The notes: generated by a model from the sequence alone, not told the origin. A stretch of 64,000 nt of DNA from Nanobdellota archaeon (GCA_042571645.1 JBHPFW010000006.1:4131-68130); one strand, 5' to 3'; positions 35,901-45,389 are shown, counted from the stretch's first letter. Made by a program: numbers and translations.

Positions 35901-38900
35901 TCCAAGTCACAGATACCTCTTTTATTAAAAGAAACTTCTCTCTGTTTAATGATATTAATTTTAATGGAGAAATAGATGCGAATGATACCTTGGTGGGGAT
36001 AAATGAGATACAGCTTGAACCTAATATTATAAAGAATGCAACATTTACCTGGAGCGATAATACAGGAACATGCGGAATCATAGAGGGAAATTTAATAGCA
36101 AGAGACGAATTAATAAATTTCACAAAAACTAAATTTGTCAGCTTGAATAAAACTCAAGAGTTGAGCCAAGAAGATTTTGATGTGTTGATAGATGTCCAAA
36201 CCACAGGAATTACAAAAAATTTTACAATAATCAACAATGGAATGCAAACTCTTGATAATGTAACAAAGACTTTCAATTCAACAAAAATAAATAATTCTTG
36301 GGTTGGTTTTATTCCAGAAACAAATAATGATATTATTGATGCTGAAGATTTTGATATAACTGTGAATTTACCTAATAGCGCATCTCCGGATATTTATGAA
36401 GGAGTTATTAGTGTTTCTGGGCAGGATGAAAAGGGATATGATTATTTATCAAGCTCTTCAAATTTCAGTTTTACCCTCGATAATAGCTTTACTGGGGCAT
36501 TTCTTATAGGTAATGATGTCACTGACTTTGGCAGTGTTGTTGAAGGAGCCACCTCAACCAAGCTCGTTACATTATTTAATAATTATAATGAGAATATTAT
36601 CTCAATATCAGCAGATTATGGTGATTGTGTTGATGGTGAAAATATATCAACTGCAGCATTGTCAGAAGTTGTTAACACACCAATTTATTATGGTAATCAG
36701 GAGGATGGTAATTTCACAGTAAACTTGCCATTAGGAGAATCATTAGGAAATTATATGTGCATTGCTAATATCACAGCAATATTCGGGAACGGCTTAGAAT
36801 TAACCAATACTATTGCTTTTACTTTTTCAGTGGAAAAAGCAAGTGATTATGTTAGTATTACAGAATATCATGATTTGGGTGAGATTCCCCAAGGAGATTT
36901 AAGAGAATTTGATTCTGAAATAATAAATAATTATATATCTGATATTCAGTCGTTAGAGGTTATTCAAGAATCATGTTATGATTCTCCTTCTTTTTTACCT
37001 GATCTTTCACATGGCTTTAACCTGCCATTGCAAGCTTCTACTACGGTATCTGATTCACTTGTAATGCCTGTGTCAATTGATGCTGAACAAGGCATGTATA
37101 ATTGTTCTGCATTAGTAAAAATGAATTTTGAGAATGGTGCAGAGGTGAATAAATCATTTATCTTTGTCTTTGAGGTACTAGAAGCACAAGAATATGTAAA
37201 TATGACTGAGGAATATGATTTTGGGATTGGTGTTCAAGGAGAAAATAAACAAGCTAGTTCAGAAATAAATAATGCCTATATATCTGATTTGGTTTCTTTA
37301 GATATTGTTTCTGAATCATGCCAGGATCCTATGTTGAATTTTGTTCCTGATTTAACTAATGATTTTACTTTGCCTGTTATTTCCTCTAACTCAGAGAATG
37401 GAAATTTAATCTTTGATATATCTTTGGATGCAACTCCAGGATCATATAATTGTTCAGCAGAAGCAGAATTAGTATTCCAGAACAGTCTGGAAATGATAAA
37501 GAATATCTCATTTATTTTCACTGTTGATAATGCAGAGAATTACATTAATATAACAGAGTATTATGATTTCAGTTCAATAGTACAAGGCGATAACAAGGAA
37601 TTATTCTCTGAAATAACAAATAATTATATTTCTGATATTAACTCTTTGGATATTCTTTCAGGATTGTGTGAGGGTTCTTCTGTGGATTTCACTCCTGATT
37701 TAGCTTATGGTTTCAGCCTGCCGATAAGTTCTTCAAGCACTATTGGAAGTTATTTGTCATTGAATATACCAATTGACATAATGCCTGATGATTATGATTG
37801 TTCTGCTGAATTGGAATTAGGCTTTGAAAATGGTTTGAATCTTGTAAAGAATGTCTCTTTTATTGTAGCTGTAGATGATGCTGAAGATTATTTTAATATT
37901 ACTGATTATTATACCTTTGGTGTTTTAACACAAGGGTCTATTGAAGATGATGATGTTGAAATAATTAATGATTATATCTCAGATATCAGTTCTCTGAGTT
38001 TTATCTTAGGAACTTGTGATAATGCATTGTCTTTTTCACCTGCTCTAAGTCATGATTTTACTTTACCAATAAATTCTCCTGTTGAAAATGGCGTTTTATC
38101 AATTGAACTTCCTTTTGATGCTGTTTCTGGAGATTATGTTTGTTCTGTAGATGTGGATATTGAATTTGAAAATGGGGTGCAGATTACAAAGAATGCAGAT
38201 TTGGAATTTTCTGTAGAAAATGCAGAGAATTATTTTAATATTACTGATTATTATGATTTTGGGTTAGTAGTCCAGGGAGATTCAAAGCAGAGTACTTCTG
38301 TAATAGTCAATGATTATGTTGCCAGCATACAATCTTTAGCTATAATAGCTAAGTCTTGTGAAGGTTCTCCAGATATTCTGCCTGGATTATCTCTTCTCGG
38401 TTTTGGATTGCCTATTGGAGATTCTAGCATTGATGATGGTTCTTTGTTGGTTAGTGTGGATGCTGGCATGGTGCCAGGAGAATATAATTGTTCAGCAGAT
38501 ATCAGTTTTGCATTCAGCAATGGTTTGAATGCAGATAAGAGCATCAACTTTAACTTAGAGGTTGAGGAAGGGGAGTTTTATGTTGATATTGTTGATATTT
38601 ATTATTTTGGTTTAGTGGTTCATGATTCATCTTATCAGGTTTATTCCAATATAACAAATAATTATATTGCCAATATCACTTATTTGGATTTTGTTTTTGA
38701 TTCATGCGATAGTTCTCCAGGATTTGATCCTGTTCTGAATCATAATTTCAATCTGCCTATTAATTCTTTAGACTCAGAAGTCAGTTCGTTATCAATGGAC
38801 ATTCCTCTGATTGCAGATCCGGAGCATTATTCTTGTTCGGGTTTTGCTAATTTGAGTTTTGATAATGGATTTCAGTTTAATAAGCCAATTAGTTTTTCGT

Positions 38901-41900
38901 TTGATATAGACGATCCTGAAAATTATGTGGATGTTACAGATATTTATGATTTTGGATTAGCGGTCCATGATTCAACTAATCAAGTTTCTTCGAGCATAAC
39001 TAACAATTATTTATATGATCTTACTTATTTGGATTTTGTTTTTGATTCTTGTGACAATTCTCCAGGTTTTGATCCTGTCTTAAATAATAATTTTATATTG
39101 CCTATCAGTTCAATGGTTTCTTTAGATAGAAACTTATCTGTTGACATACCCTTATTTGCCACTCCAGGAAGTTATGTGTGCAGTGCGATTGTTAATTTTG
39201 GTTTTGAGAACACATTAAATTTTAATGAAACAGTCTCATTCACATTCCAGGTAGAATCTCCCTCAAACTATGTTGAAGTTACTGACACTTATGATTTTGG
39301 CAGTATTGTGCAGGGTTCATACGGAGAAGTTTCCTCTAATATTACAAATAATTACATCTCTGATATTGTCTTTTTGGAGTTTGATTTTGATTCATGCCAA
39401 CAACAGCCTTCTTTCACACCGATTTTGGAGCATAGTTTCCCGTCTTCAATACAGTCATTTGATATAGCAAGCAGTTCTTTAGTAATGAATGTGCCTCCTG
39501 ATACTGCTAATGGAAGTTATGTCTGCTATAATAATATAGAAATTGAATTCGCAAATACCCTCGAGGTTAATAAAACTGTTAATTTCTTGTTTGATATAGA
39601 GAATACAGAGGATTATGTTGATATTACTCCATATCATAATTTTGGTTCAATAAGAAAAGGATCTTTTAAGCAAAGCAATTCTATTATTACAAATAACTAT
39701 GTCTCTGCTATTGATTTCTTAAATATTAGTGATAGCTTATGCGAGGCAGATAATAATTCTTTTGTTCCTGACCTGACATATGATATTGTTTTGCCTGTTA
39801 ATTCCTCTACCAATAGCTCTGATATTCTAGAACTCAGTATTAGCACAGCAGTTCCAGAAGGAACATTTGAATGTTATGCTGATTTTGATTTTGGGTTTGA
39901 GAATACTGCACAAGCCTATAAGCAGGTGTTGTTTGATGTCACTGTTTATAAGAAAGCATCTACAGGCGGCAATGGTGGAGGAGGCAATGAACCGCCAGTA
40001 ATACCGCCTATTATACCTCCGGAAGTAAATAATACAAACACAACAGTAAACATAACTGCAAATGTAACAGTTAATATATCTGTTAATATCTCAGTAAACA
40101 TAACTGAAAACATGTCAACTTGCAGAATTTTAGAATGCCATGAAGAAGAGATTTTCGCAGCAGATGATTGTGAGAAATGCGGCCAAGTAGACACTTGCAG
40201 AAGGTGCCTAGCTTCATTCTTCCAGCCAGATTGTGAGAAATGCGGTTATGAATGCAGAGAATGTTTACATGAAGAAGTTCAATATACTGAGGAGAGAGTT
40301 ACTGATGGTGAGAGATGTGGTCAGGAAGAAGTTTGTACAGAATGCCATCACAGAAAGTGTATTCAGTTGCCTTTTGGAATAAATATCAAAAACTGCCAGG
40401 ACTGCGGCATAGGAACTTTCTGCAATTCATGTCTGCATAATGAGACTTTTTATAGAAAAAGGGAAGACGCAAATTGTGATACAGTAAATAGTTCTAGATA
40501 TATAAATTGTATTTTCAAAAAACCATTTGATTATTTAGAAGACTGCTCAATGTGCGGCAGAGAGGTTTATGATGATGTTTTTGTAGAGTGTGAGGAATGC
40601 GTTTATGGCATTGATTTTACTGCAGAAGTTATTATTCCAAATTGTGAATCTTGCGGCAGTTATACTGATTGTAATGCCTGCAACAAGTTCTGCTGGAACA
40701 GAACTGCTGTGAGCTGCGCTTATTGTCCTAAGAATATTACTCAAAATACCTGTACTGTCAGAACTCCAACAAAAGTGAATGTTACTTCTGCTAGCTGCGA
40801 TGCTTGCGGTCGTGATGGTGTCTGCAATAGCTGCAGTTATGATCGGATGGTATGCGAATATAAGGAAGTTGAGCAGGAAGTTTGCGAAATAAAGAAAGAA
40901 ATGGATGTTGCTATAAGAGGCAGTATAGTGGGGAAAAATATTACTGTCGAGGTTACAGAGGGTAATATTAGTGTTGCTGATGCTTTTGTAGCAGTCCAAA
41001 AGAAAGACTTCGAGATTATGGTTCAGGGAACAACAGATGAAGAAGGAGTTTACACTTTTGTTTTGAGTGAAGCTGGAGAGTATGAGTTTGTGATTAATAA
41101 GGCAGGTTACATGCCAACAATAAAAGAAAAAGATGTTAAGTTAATGGGAGAAACAATTGCTACAGGAGATTATGAAGTGATAATAAGCAGAGATCCCTAT
41201 GAACCCTCATGGGTTGATGAAGATGACAAGGACAGAGAGTGCAGAAGTTTATTTGGATCTAACTGTTATTTTGATGATGAAGCACAAGAATGCCATTGTG
41301 CAGAGATTATATGCATAGAGAATTATTCAGTCTCGCATGAATGTGAAAAAGAAGTTGGATGTAATGAAAATTGTGATGCATGCAAAATAGTACAAAATTG
41401 TCAATCAGACAATAAAAAAGACGAAGACTGTTATATTGATGATGGTTGCGAAACTTGTACAGTAACAAAATTCGAAACTAAAACAGATTGCGAAATTTTG
41501 GAAGATAATTGTGATGAAAAAAAGGTTTTAGAATGCGGAACTAATACAGAATATGTAAATGAATGCCATGATGAATACTCTCAAGTGTGTGAATATGTTC
41601 CATTCTGTAATGATCATTGTGAGTGGTGGCAAGTCTGGTGCATAGTTGGATGTTGGCTAAAAGAAAAATGTAATTGGGTTGCAGAGACTATTTGTGAATT
41701 AAAAAGTGTTGAAGTAGAAGACTGCCAGGAAGTAATCGAAAAGGATTGTCTAGATAGTAACGACTGTTCAGGAAAGGAAATTGAAGTGCCTTATGAAGAA
41801 AGCATCACAGATTGCGATATTTGCGATGTTAAAACTAAGAAAGTGAATTGTGCTTCTGAAGAAATTTGTAAGAATATAGATGGATTCAAAAAAGAATGCG

Positions 41901-43033
41901 AGAAATGCAAAGATTGTGAGCCACGAATAGTTAAATATCCTTGTGAACAACATGTAGAAATTACCTATCCCTGTAATACAGAAGTTAGCGGCTCACATCA
42001 TGTAGTTGATTTTGCAGTGGAATCAATCGAGTTTTCCCCGACAAATATCGCTGTCGGAGACAATGTGGAAGTGACAGTGACAGTAGAAAATCTCATAGAT
42101 AGTGAAGCTGAAAATGTTGTTGTACACATTCTCATAAATGATGAACTGACAGAAAGGCAAGTCGAATTTGCAGGTAATGAAAAAAAATCTTTCACATTAG
42201 TTGTAAGTGATATTGGAGAAGGAATCACTTCAATAAAAGTCGAGATTGATCCTGAAGAACAATTTACAGATCTAGCAAAATATAATAATAAAAAAGAGGA
42301 AGGTATGGCAGCAGGATCTTGTATAGCAGTACTAAACAACGAAAATCCCTCTAGAAATCTCGATATTGTTGTAGTTGGAACTGGATTTGACAACATAGCT
42401 GAGCTACAACACACTACACAAGATCTCTTTAATGGAGAAGAAGGCTTTTTTGATGAGATTTATCCTTTTACTGAATATCAAGATAACATAAACATATGGT
42501 TGGTAACAGAAATTGGAACTTTTACTCACGAAAATTACAAAGACCAAACAGCAATTTTTTCACTATATTGCAATAATCCGGATAAAGTCGTATTACTTTC
42601 TCAAGATATTAACTTCAGATCAAACGCAAATATAGAGGGGGATTATGCATATAATTATATAGGTCTAGACTATTTAAACAACAACAGGCCTGTTACTTGC
42701 ATAGGAGGATTCAGAATAGCTAACAATAAAATAGATATTAGAAGGATGATTGTTCACGAATTCTCTCACTCAATTGGGGGCTTAAGAGATGAATACATTG
42801 CTGAAGAACAAACAAACGAAAGAATATCAAACTTTCCCAATTGTGATGATAGTGCTACTTGCACAAAATGGCAAAGTTTAAATAATATTGAATGTAAAAA
42901 GGAATGTTATACACCAAACTGGTATAGGCCATATGATGAAAGCCTAATGAGAAGCCACATGGACTCTTCCTATGTGGGTGAAGTACATATAAGTCAACTC
43001 AGAACTAAATTAAACGAATTAACAAGGAGATAA
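32960..43033 (+). CDS. Giant (~3357-aa) secreted protein: DNRLRE-like domain, Gly-rich solenoid, 9-11 tandem 115-aa repeats, CxxCG clusters, CARDB-like domain and a C-terminal M64-like metalloprotease
   Basis: The ORF is open from 32930. The ATG at 32960 follows the TATA box and Shine-Dalgarno-like motif and yields a signal peptide (MAYRGKSLKIYLALLTVLFLSCVFTSSAS). Domain evidence is given in the sub-features. Confidence 0.9.
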   Translation: MAYRGKSLKIYLALLTVLFLSCVFTSSASTDVKIITDNEIYTHPNQQEVIINLTADKDVENIIAFVELTKDADARIKEIVEIIEPDEINETNITEIALDKQNKVYFNNETTSDSEYDVSETSLMEITDNFNDDENDDGNYDSAKRELELKAAIPIDNLQKGDIKQLKVVLEHKENYHGNIELSAEDENGNPVAETKELSIRPQKLFALKPSVDTYVDKDYPTKSFSDKKYLKSDDDKISLIKFDLRNYTIDHIRSSSLYLYPKEVSFEEIEVYYLDGDWDENVSYETLPEIGAFLNSTLNNETGYFQVHITEIVNETYYSGDRVLSLAVRTENPVSFMSSENKTHSPILYIDDPIDCVNYTTEDSDNVYLTGNVTCNFLTSTKNIVIYDAEIHGEGEDATALTPSDPGQPGQISFISIGNITVTNSTLYGFGGRGLRIATGCRDDCAEGGPGSIYFNAFDTLLIENSSTIGYGGPGQRSSCQEFGEGGKSQGYFLGSDVIINNTRINNIGGGGMNNSCSKGYGGRGGEGFVNLTAIDNLLIFNSVIGAQGGRGGNGLYSGYGGHGNIKIGTNNKAVIDNSFFYSNGGFSGNGGDACYRAGSGRFNVYGNKIVIDDSLVYSYGASTCSADVFIGEAGLGRISFNTLYSTINNVKFYGYGGSGGSSTRSAGGSPGSGWFNYQGLNLSIRDTFIDVHGGRGGKSEDPQGPAGEDANFSINCSEAINVFNLTLNARGGLGGDSHYSKGGSGGDSLCKIFGDRVFFNESSLDCIGGAANDVGCKNCRGNPGGHGNFIVNTTNSFDFFGKSYVNAQGGIGGEGWRGITGRGGDGRIEINSPIVRFGDIRDPLLISSGGLSPASRPEREGRKGDSNFIINAGHEVTFYRIVQIDSELYPGTNSINLINFSSQRPKLGLFNTSMPDLFLVGSPAKIAVGRYDRYDQNINFSQLDYYEVSKEVYEYIVESIVNITPTGSLVECNDIEIIVQVTDTSFIKRNFSLFNDINFNGEIDANDTLVGINEIQLEPNIIKNATFTWSDNTGTCGIIEGNLIARDELINFTKTKFVSLNKTQELSQEDFDVLIDVQTTGITKNFTIINNGMQTLDNVTKTFNSTKINNSWVGFIPETNNDIIDAEDFDITVNLPNSASPDIYEGVISVSGQDEKGYDYLSSSSNFSFTLDNSFTGAFLIGNDVTDFGSVVEGATSTKLVTLFNNYNENIISISADYGDCVDGENISTAALSEVVNTPIYYGNQEDGNFTVNLPLGESLGNYMCIANITAIFGNGLELTNTIAFTFSVEKASDYVSITEYHDLGEIPQGDLREFDSEIINNYISDIQSLEVIQESCYDSPSFLPDLSHGFNLPLQASTTVSDSLVMPVSIDAEQGMYNCSALVKMNFENGAEVNKSFIFVFEVLEAQEYVNMTEEYDFGIGVQGENKQASSEINNAYISDLVSLDIVSESCQDPMLNFVPDLTNDFTLPVISSNSENGNLIFDISLDATPGSYNCSAEAELVFQNSLEMIKNISFIFTVDNAENYINITEYYDFSSIVQGDNKELFSEITNNYISDINSLDILSGLCEGSSVDFTPDLAYGFSLPISSSSTIGSYLSLNIPIDIMPDDYDCSAELELGFENGLNLVKNVSFIVAVDDAEDYFNITDYYTFGVLTQGSIEDDDVEIINDYISDISSLSFILGTCDNALSFSPALSHDFTLPINSPVENGVLSIELPFDAVSGDYVCSVDVDIEFENGVQITKNADLEFSVENAENYFNITDYYDFGLVVQGDSKQSTSVIVNDYVASIQSLAIIAKSCEGSPDILPGLSLLGFGLPIGDSSIDDGSLLVSVDAGMVPGEYNCSADISFAFSNGLNADKSINFNLEVEEGEFYVDIVDIYYFGLVVHDSSYQVYSNITNNYIANITYLDFVFDSCDSSPGFDPVLNHNFNLPINSLDSEVSSLSMDIPLIADPEHYSCSGFANLSFDNGFQFNKPISFSFDIDDPENYVDVTDIYDFGLAVHDSTNQVSSSITNNYLYDLTYLDFVFDSCDNSPGFDPVLNNNFILPISSMVSLDRNLSVDIPLFATPGSYVCSAIVNFGFENTLNFNETVSFTFQVESPSNYVEVTDTYDFGSIVQGSYGEVSSNITNNYISDIVFLEFDFDSCQQQPSFTPILEHSFPSSIQSFDIASSSLVMNVPPDTANGSYVCYNNIEIEFANTLEVNKTVNFLFDIENTEDYVDITPYHNFGSIRKGSFKQSNSIITNNYVSAIDFLNISDSLCEADNNSFVPDLTYDIVLPVNSSTNSSDILELSISTAVPEGTFECYADFDFGFENTAQAYKQVLFDVTVYKKASTGGNGGGGNEPPVIPPIIPPEVNNTNTTVNITANVTVNISVNISVNITENMSTCRILECHEEEIFAADDCEKCGQVDTCRRCLASFFQPDCEKCGYECRECLHEEVQYTEERVTDGERCGQEEVCTECHHRKCIQLPFGINIKNCQDCGIGTFCNSCLHNETFYRKREDANCDTVNSSRYINCIFKKPFDYLEDCSMCGREVYDDVFVECEECVYGIDFTAEVIIPNCESCGSYTDCNACNKFCWNRTAVSCAYCPKNITQNTCTVRTPTKVNVTSASCDACGRDGVCNSCSYDRMVCEYKEVEQEVCEIKKEMDVAIRGSIVGKNITVEVTEGNISVADAFVAVQKKDFEIMVQGTTDEEGVYTFVLSEAGEYEFVINKAGYMPTIKEKDVKLMGETIATGDYEVIISRDPYEPSWVDEDDKDRECRSLFGSNCYFDDEAQECHCAEIICIENYSVSHECEKEVGCNENCDACKIVQNCQSDNKKDEDCYIDDGCETCTVTKFETKTDCEILEDNCDEKKVLECGTNTEYVNECHDEYSQVCEYVPFCNDHCEWWQVWCIVGCWLKEKCNWVAETICELKSVEVEDCQEVIEKDCLDSNDCSGKEIEVPYEESITDCDICDVKTKKVNCASEEICKNIDGFKKECEKCKDCEPRIVKYPCEQHVEITYPCNTEVSGSHHVVDFAVESIEFSPTNIAVGDNVEVTVTVENLIDSEAENVVVHILINDELTERQVEFAGNEKKSFTLVVSDIGEGITSIKVEIDPEEQFTDLAKYNNKKEEGMAAGSCIAVLNNENPSRNLDIVVVGTGFDNIAELQHTTQDLFNGEEGFFDEIYPFTEYQDNINIWLVTEIGTFTHENYKDQTAIFSLYCNNPDKVVLLSQDINFRSNANIEGDYAYNYIGLDYLNNNRPVTCIGGFRIANNKIDIRRMIVHEFSHSIGGLRDEYIAEEQTNERISNFPNCDDSATCTKWQSLNNIECKKECYTPNWYRPYDESLMRSHMDSSYVGEVHISQLRTKLNELTRR
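33581..33835 (+). other. DNRLRE-like domain
   Basis: LKPSVDTYVDKDYPTKSF...ISLIKFDLRNYTIDHIRSSSLYLYP...IEVYYLDGDWDENVSYETLP follows the remembered pattern (D.y.......l.FDL....i.sA.L.ly...v..v...W.E..vty...P). Confidence 0.4.
34240..35470 (+). repeat. Gly-rich periodic region (putative beta-solenoid)
   Basis: Hydrophobic strands (LLIENSSTIGYGG, LLIFNSVIGAQGG, VIDNSFFYSNGG, VIDDSLVYSYG) alternate with G-rich turns (GGRGGEG, GGRGGNG, GGSGGSS, GGRGGKS, GGLGGDS, GGIGGEG). Confidence 0.5.
36839..39950 (+). repeat. Nine in-frame tandem repeats of 342-348 nt (~115 aa; Ig/ASH-like, two conserved Cys), preceded by about two degenerate copies
   Basis: The units start at 36839, 37184, 37532, 37880, 38222, 38570, 38915, 39260 and 39605. 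The consensus is AE.Y.NIT.YYDFG.VVQGD....S.I.NNYISDI.SL......C......F.P.L...F.LPI.S...........I......G.Y.CSA.....F.NG......SF.F.V. Confidence 0.85.
40167..40835 (+). repeat. Cluster of about seven C-x2-C-G-x(4-11)-C-x2-C knuckle motifs
   Basis: The motifs are CEKCGQVDTCRRC, CEKCGYECREC, (R)CGQEEVCTEC, CQDCGIGTFCNSC, CSMCGREVYDDVFVECEEC, CESCGSYTDCNAC and CDACGRDGVCNSC. Confidence 0.7.
42303..43030 (+). other. Peptidase M64 (IgA-peptidase)-like zinc metalloprotease domain
   Basis: The HExxH motif lies in MIVHEFSHSIGGLRDEY (HEFSH at 42755-42769), which resembles the remembered M64 signature HEFGHSFGGLADEY. The preceding LDIVVVGTGF is typical of the family N-terminal strand. Confidence 0.6.
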
Positions 43034-43035
43034 TA

Positions 43036-44073
43036 ATGAAAAAAATAATACTCATAACTATATCAATTCTTTTGCTAATTTGTTTCCACACAAATGCCTA
43101 TGAAGACCCTTATAAATCAGACTTAAACCTTAGTTATGTTTTTTCAGCAACATATTATAGAAATGGAACACTCAAATTAGAATCAATTAACATAATAAAC
43201 CATAAACCATCTGATCGAATCGGACTTAATAATGGGGACTTCAAGACAGAAATAATTGATAAAAAAGGCAAGGTACTTGAAACTTTTCATTTAAAATACC
43301 CATTAAATGAAGGCACAGTTCCTGCAGCAGAATGGTTTGACGAAGAAGGAAACTTCATAGGGCCATTAATGGAATTTCCAAACCACACAAAAAGAACATA
43401 TTATTTACCTTATTATAGAAATGCTTCAAAATTGATAGTCTATGATGCAGAAGATAAAGTGTTATTAAATGTAGACCTTTCTGAGATTAGCAGCTGTAAC
43501 TTTAATAATGTCTGCGATGCTTCAGCAAAAGAAAGCTATTTAGTATGTCCAGAAGACTGTGAACCTTGGGCAAATGACGGTTACTGTAATGCAAAACCAG
43601 ATAAGCATTGCGATCTTGATTGTGAAGAAGAATATAATGAAGAGCCTCATTGGTCAAATCATGATAGGAATTGTGATCCCGCGATACTAAGGATTACTGT
43701 TTTGGATGAAGAAGGATTGCCTATTCAAAATTCTACTGTAATTGTCACAGACTCAACAGATAAATTAAGAGAATTAACAAATGCTACAGGAAATGTAATT
43801 CTGGAGTTGTTAGATTTAGAAAATTTCCAAAGAGATGTCCAAATTGTGTCGTACAAAAATAGTTTCAGCAAAAGAGTTGTCAATAAAACTGTAATGAATG
43901 GCGGTGATTTGATTCAATTAATCAAATTAGAAAAGGAACCAGGCAAAATATGGGAGCAATTGCCCCCTTCAGATGTTGAACCAATTAACACTACTCTTAT
44001 TGTTACTGCCATTATCATATTATTTATTGGAGCAATTTCATATGTAGTGACTCGGTGGATTAAGAGAAAATGA
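43036..44073 (+). CDS. Secreted, C-terminally TM-anchored Cys-rich protein with a carboxypeptidase-regulatory-like beta-sandwich
   Basis: Signal peptide MKKIILITISILLLICFHTNA. The Cys cluster is CNFNNVCD..CPEDCEPWANDGYCNAKPDKHCDLDCEEE. ILRITVLDEEGLPIQNSTVIVTDS...TGNVILE is CarboxypepD_reg-like. The C-terminal TM is LIVTAIIILFIGAISYVV followed by RWIKRK. Confidence 0.6.
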   Translation: MKKIILITISILLLICFHTNAYEDPYKSDLNLSYVFSATYYRNGTLKLESINIINHKPSDRIGLNNGDFKTEIIDKKGKVLETFHLKYPLNEGTVPAAEWFDEEGNFIGPLMEFPNHTKRTYYLPYYRNASKLIVYDAEDKVLLNVDLSEISSCNFNNVCDASAKESYLVCPEDCEPWANDGYCNAKPDKHCDLDCEEEYNEEPHWSNHDRNCDPAILRITVLDEEGLPIQNSTVIVTDSTDKLRELTNATGNVILELLDLENFQRDVQIVSYKNSFSKRVVNKTVMNGGDLIQLIKLEKEPGKIWEQLPPSDVEPINTTLIVTAIIILFIGAISYVVTRWIKRK

Positions 44074-45389
44074 TATGTAATGAAAAAAATAAATTTATTA
44101 AGAGTTTATTATTACTTTTTTTTATTATATCTATATTTATGATTAGTGGTTGTTCTGTGACAAATTTAATAAGTGGTTTGTTGACTGATAAATTCATAAA
44201 AGAGGTTTCTTTGAGCAAAACAGATTTATCGCCTCTTGATGATTCAGTTAATATTTCATTCAAAATTCATAATCCCACTAATGTTAATATAACTAGAGAT
44301 AAATTTGGAATAGGAATTGGTGCTAAGAAAAATGATGCTGATGAAGATTATTCTATTGTAGATCTTCCAATAGATTTACCTCCAGGCTCTTTTTATGAAG
44401 GATCTTTTAAGTGGAACTTAAAGAAGGGTGAACTAACCCCTGGTGAATATGTTGTTGTAGTTGTCTTAGCTGAAAAGTATTCTGAAAGGTTAGCTAATCA
44501 GGGCGGTTCAGATGTCTTCGATATATCTAGTGTAGACTTCAATTTTAATGATATCGATAAGGAAGATATGTCAGATACTTTATCGGAAGACGTAATTGAG
44601 GCAAGTAAATTAAATTTAGACCTAGAATTTCAAGATAGATTCTATGAAAAACCTGACGTGTTAGATATAACTTACACTATAGAAAACCCAACTAATGTTG
44701 ATTTTGTTGACTCTGAATTTGAGGCATACATATTATATAGGCTTGATGACTCAGATAGAGACGTGCTTATTCATGAGATTGGAGCAATTAACTTACCTGC
44801 AGGAAAAAAGATAGAAAAAGTGTTTATTTGGGACGGCCCTTGCAGTAAGAGTTGTGATGTGATATTATTAACAGCATTAAATGAATTGCTTGCAAAAGAG
44901 AAATTTGAAATTTTAGGAGAGGACGCCTATTCTAAAGTTTTAAAGAATGTAACTAAGAAACTTACAGTGAAACCTAAAGAACCAATAAAAGATGGCTTAA
45001 TTAAACTCAATTTTTTAGTAAAACCAGAAGAGGATTTTAAAGAAAAAATTGAAACTTATGAATTACCTTATGGCAGCAAGTTTAAAGTGCTGCTTAATTT
45101 GACTAGTGGTTTTAAAAGACCTTTCCCTGCTGATAAGTATTTTTATTTCCTTTATGTTGTGGGGGATAAAGAGGATGCTAAGATTATTGACAAAGGAGCA
45201 CTTTATTTGTCTCCTGGGAAGATAATGACACAAAAGTATGATCTTTGGATTACAAAACAGTTTGGTTTTAAGGAAGGGGCAATTCCTTATCAAGTGGCGG
45301 TGATGTTTACTGAAGAGGATATTGAGACTTCACAAAATGCAAAAATTCTAAATGCCTTGTCTATTCTCATAAATGTAACTGAATCCTAA
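44070..45389 (+). CDS. Putative lipoprotein with three beta-sandwich (LEA_2/Ig-like) repeats
   Basis: The ATGA start overlaps the previous stop. The signal carries a lipobox-like ISGC. Three repeats share the pattern ..I.F.I.NPTNV.......... (SVNISFKIHNPTNVNI, VLDITYTIENPTNVDF, and a third that is degenerate). Confidence 0.5.
   Translation: MICNEKNKFIKSLLLLFFIISIFMISGCSVTNLISGLLTDKFIKEVSLSKTDLSPLDDSVNISFKIHNPTNVNITRDKFGIGIGAKKNDADEDYSIVDLPIDLPPGSFYEGSFKWNLKKGELTPGEYVVVVVLAEKYSERLANQGGSDVFDISSVDFNFNDIDKEDMSDTLSEDVIEASKLNLDLEFQDRFYEKPDVLDITYTIENPTNVDFVDSEFEAYILYRLDDSDRDVLIHEIGAINLPAGKKIEKVFIWDGPCSKSCDVILLTALNELLAKEKFEILGEDAYSKVLKNVTKKLTVKPKEPIKDGLIKLNFLVKPEEDFKEKIETYELPYGSKFKVLLNLTSGFKRPFPADKYFYFLYVVGDKEDAKIIDKGALYLSPGKIMTQKYDLWITKQFGFKEGAIPYQVAVMFTEEDIETSQNAKILNALSILINVTES

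Noticed and set aside
36839-39950. The regular ~345-nt periodic repeat array was considered as a CRISPR-like or satellite array
   Set aside because: The period is far too long for CRISPR and there is no repeat/spacer alternation. The whole array is in frame within the 3367-aa ORF and encodes a conserved protein domain.
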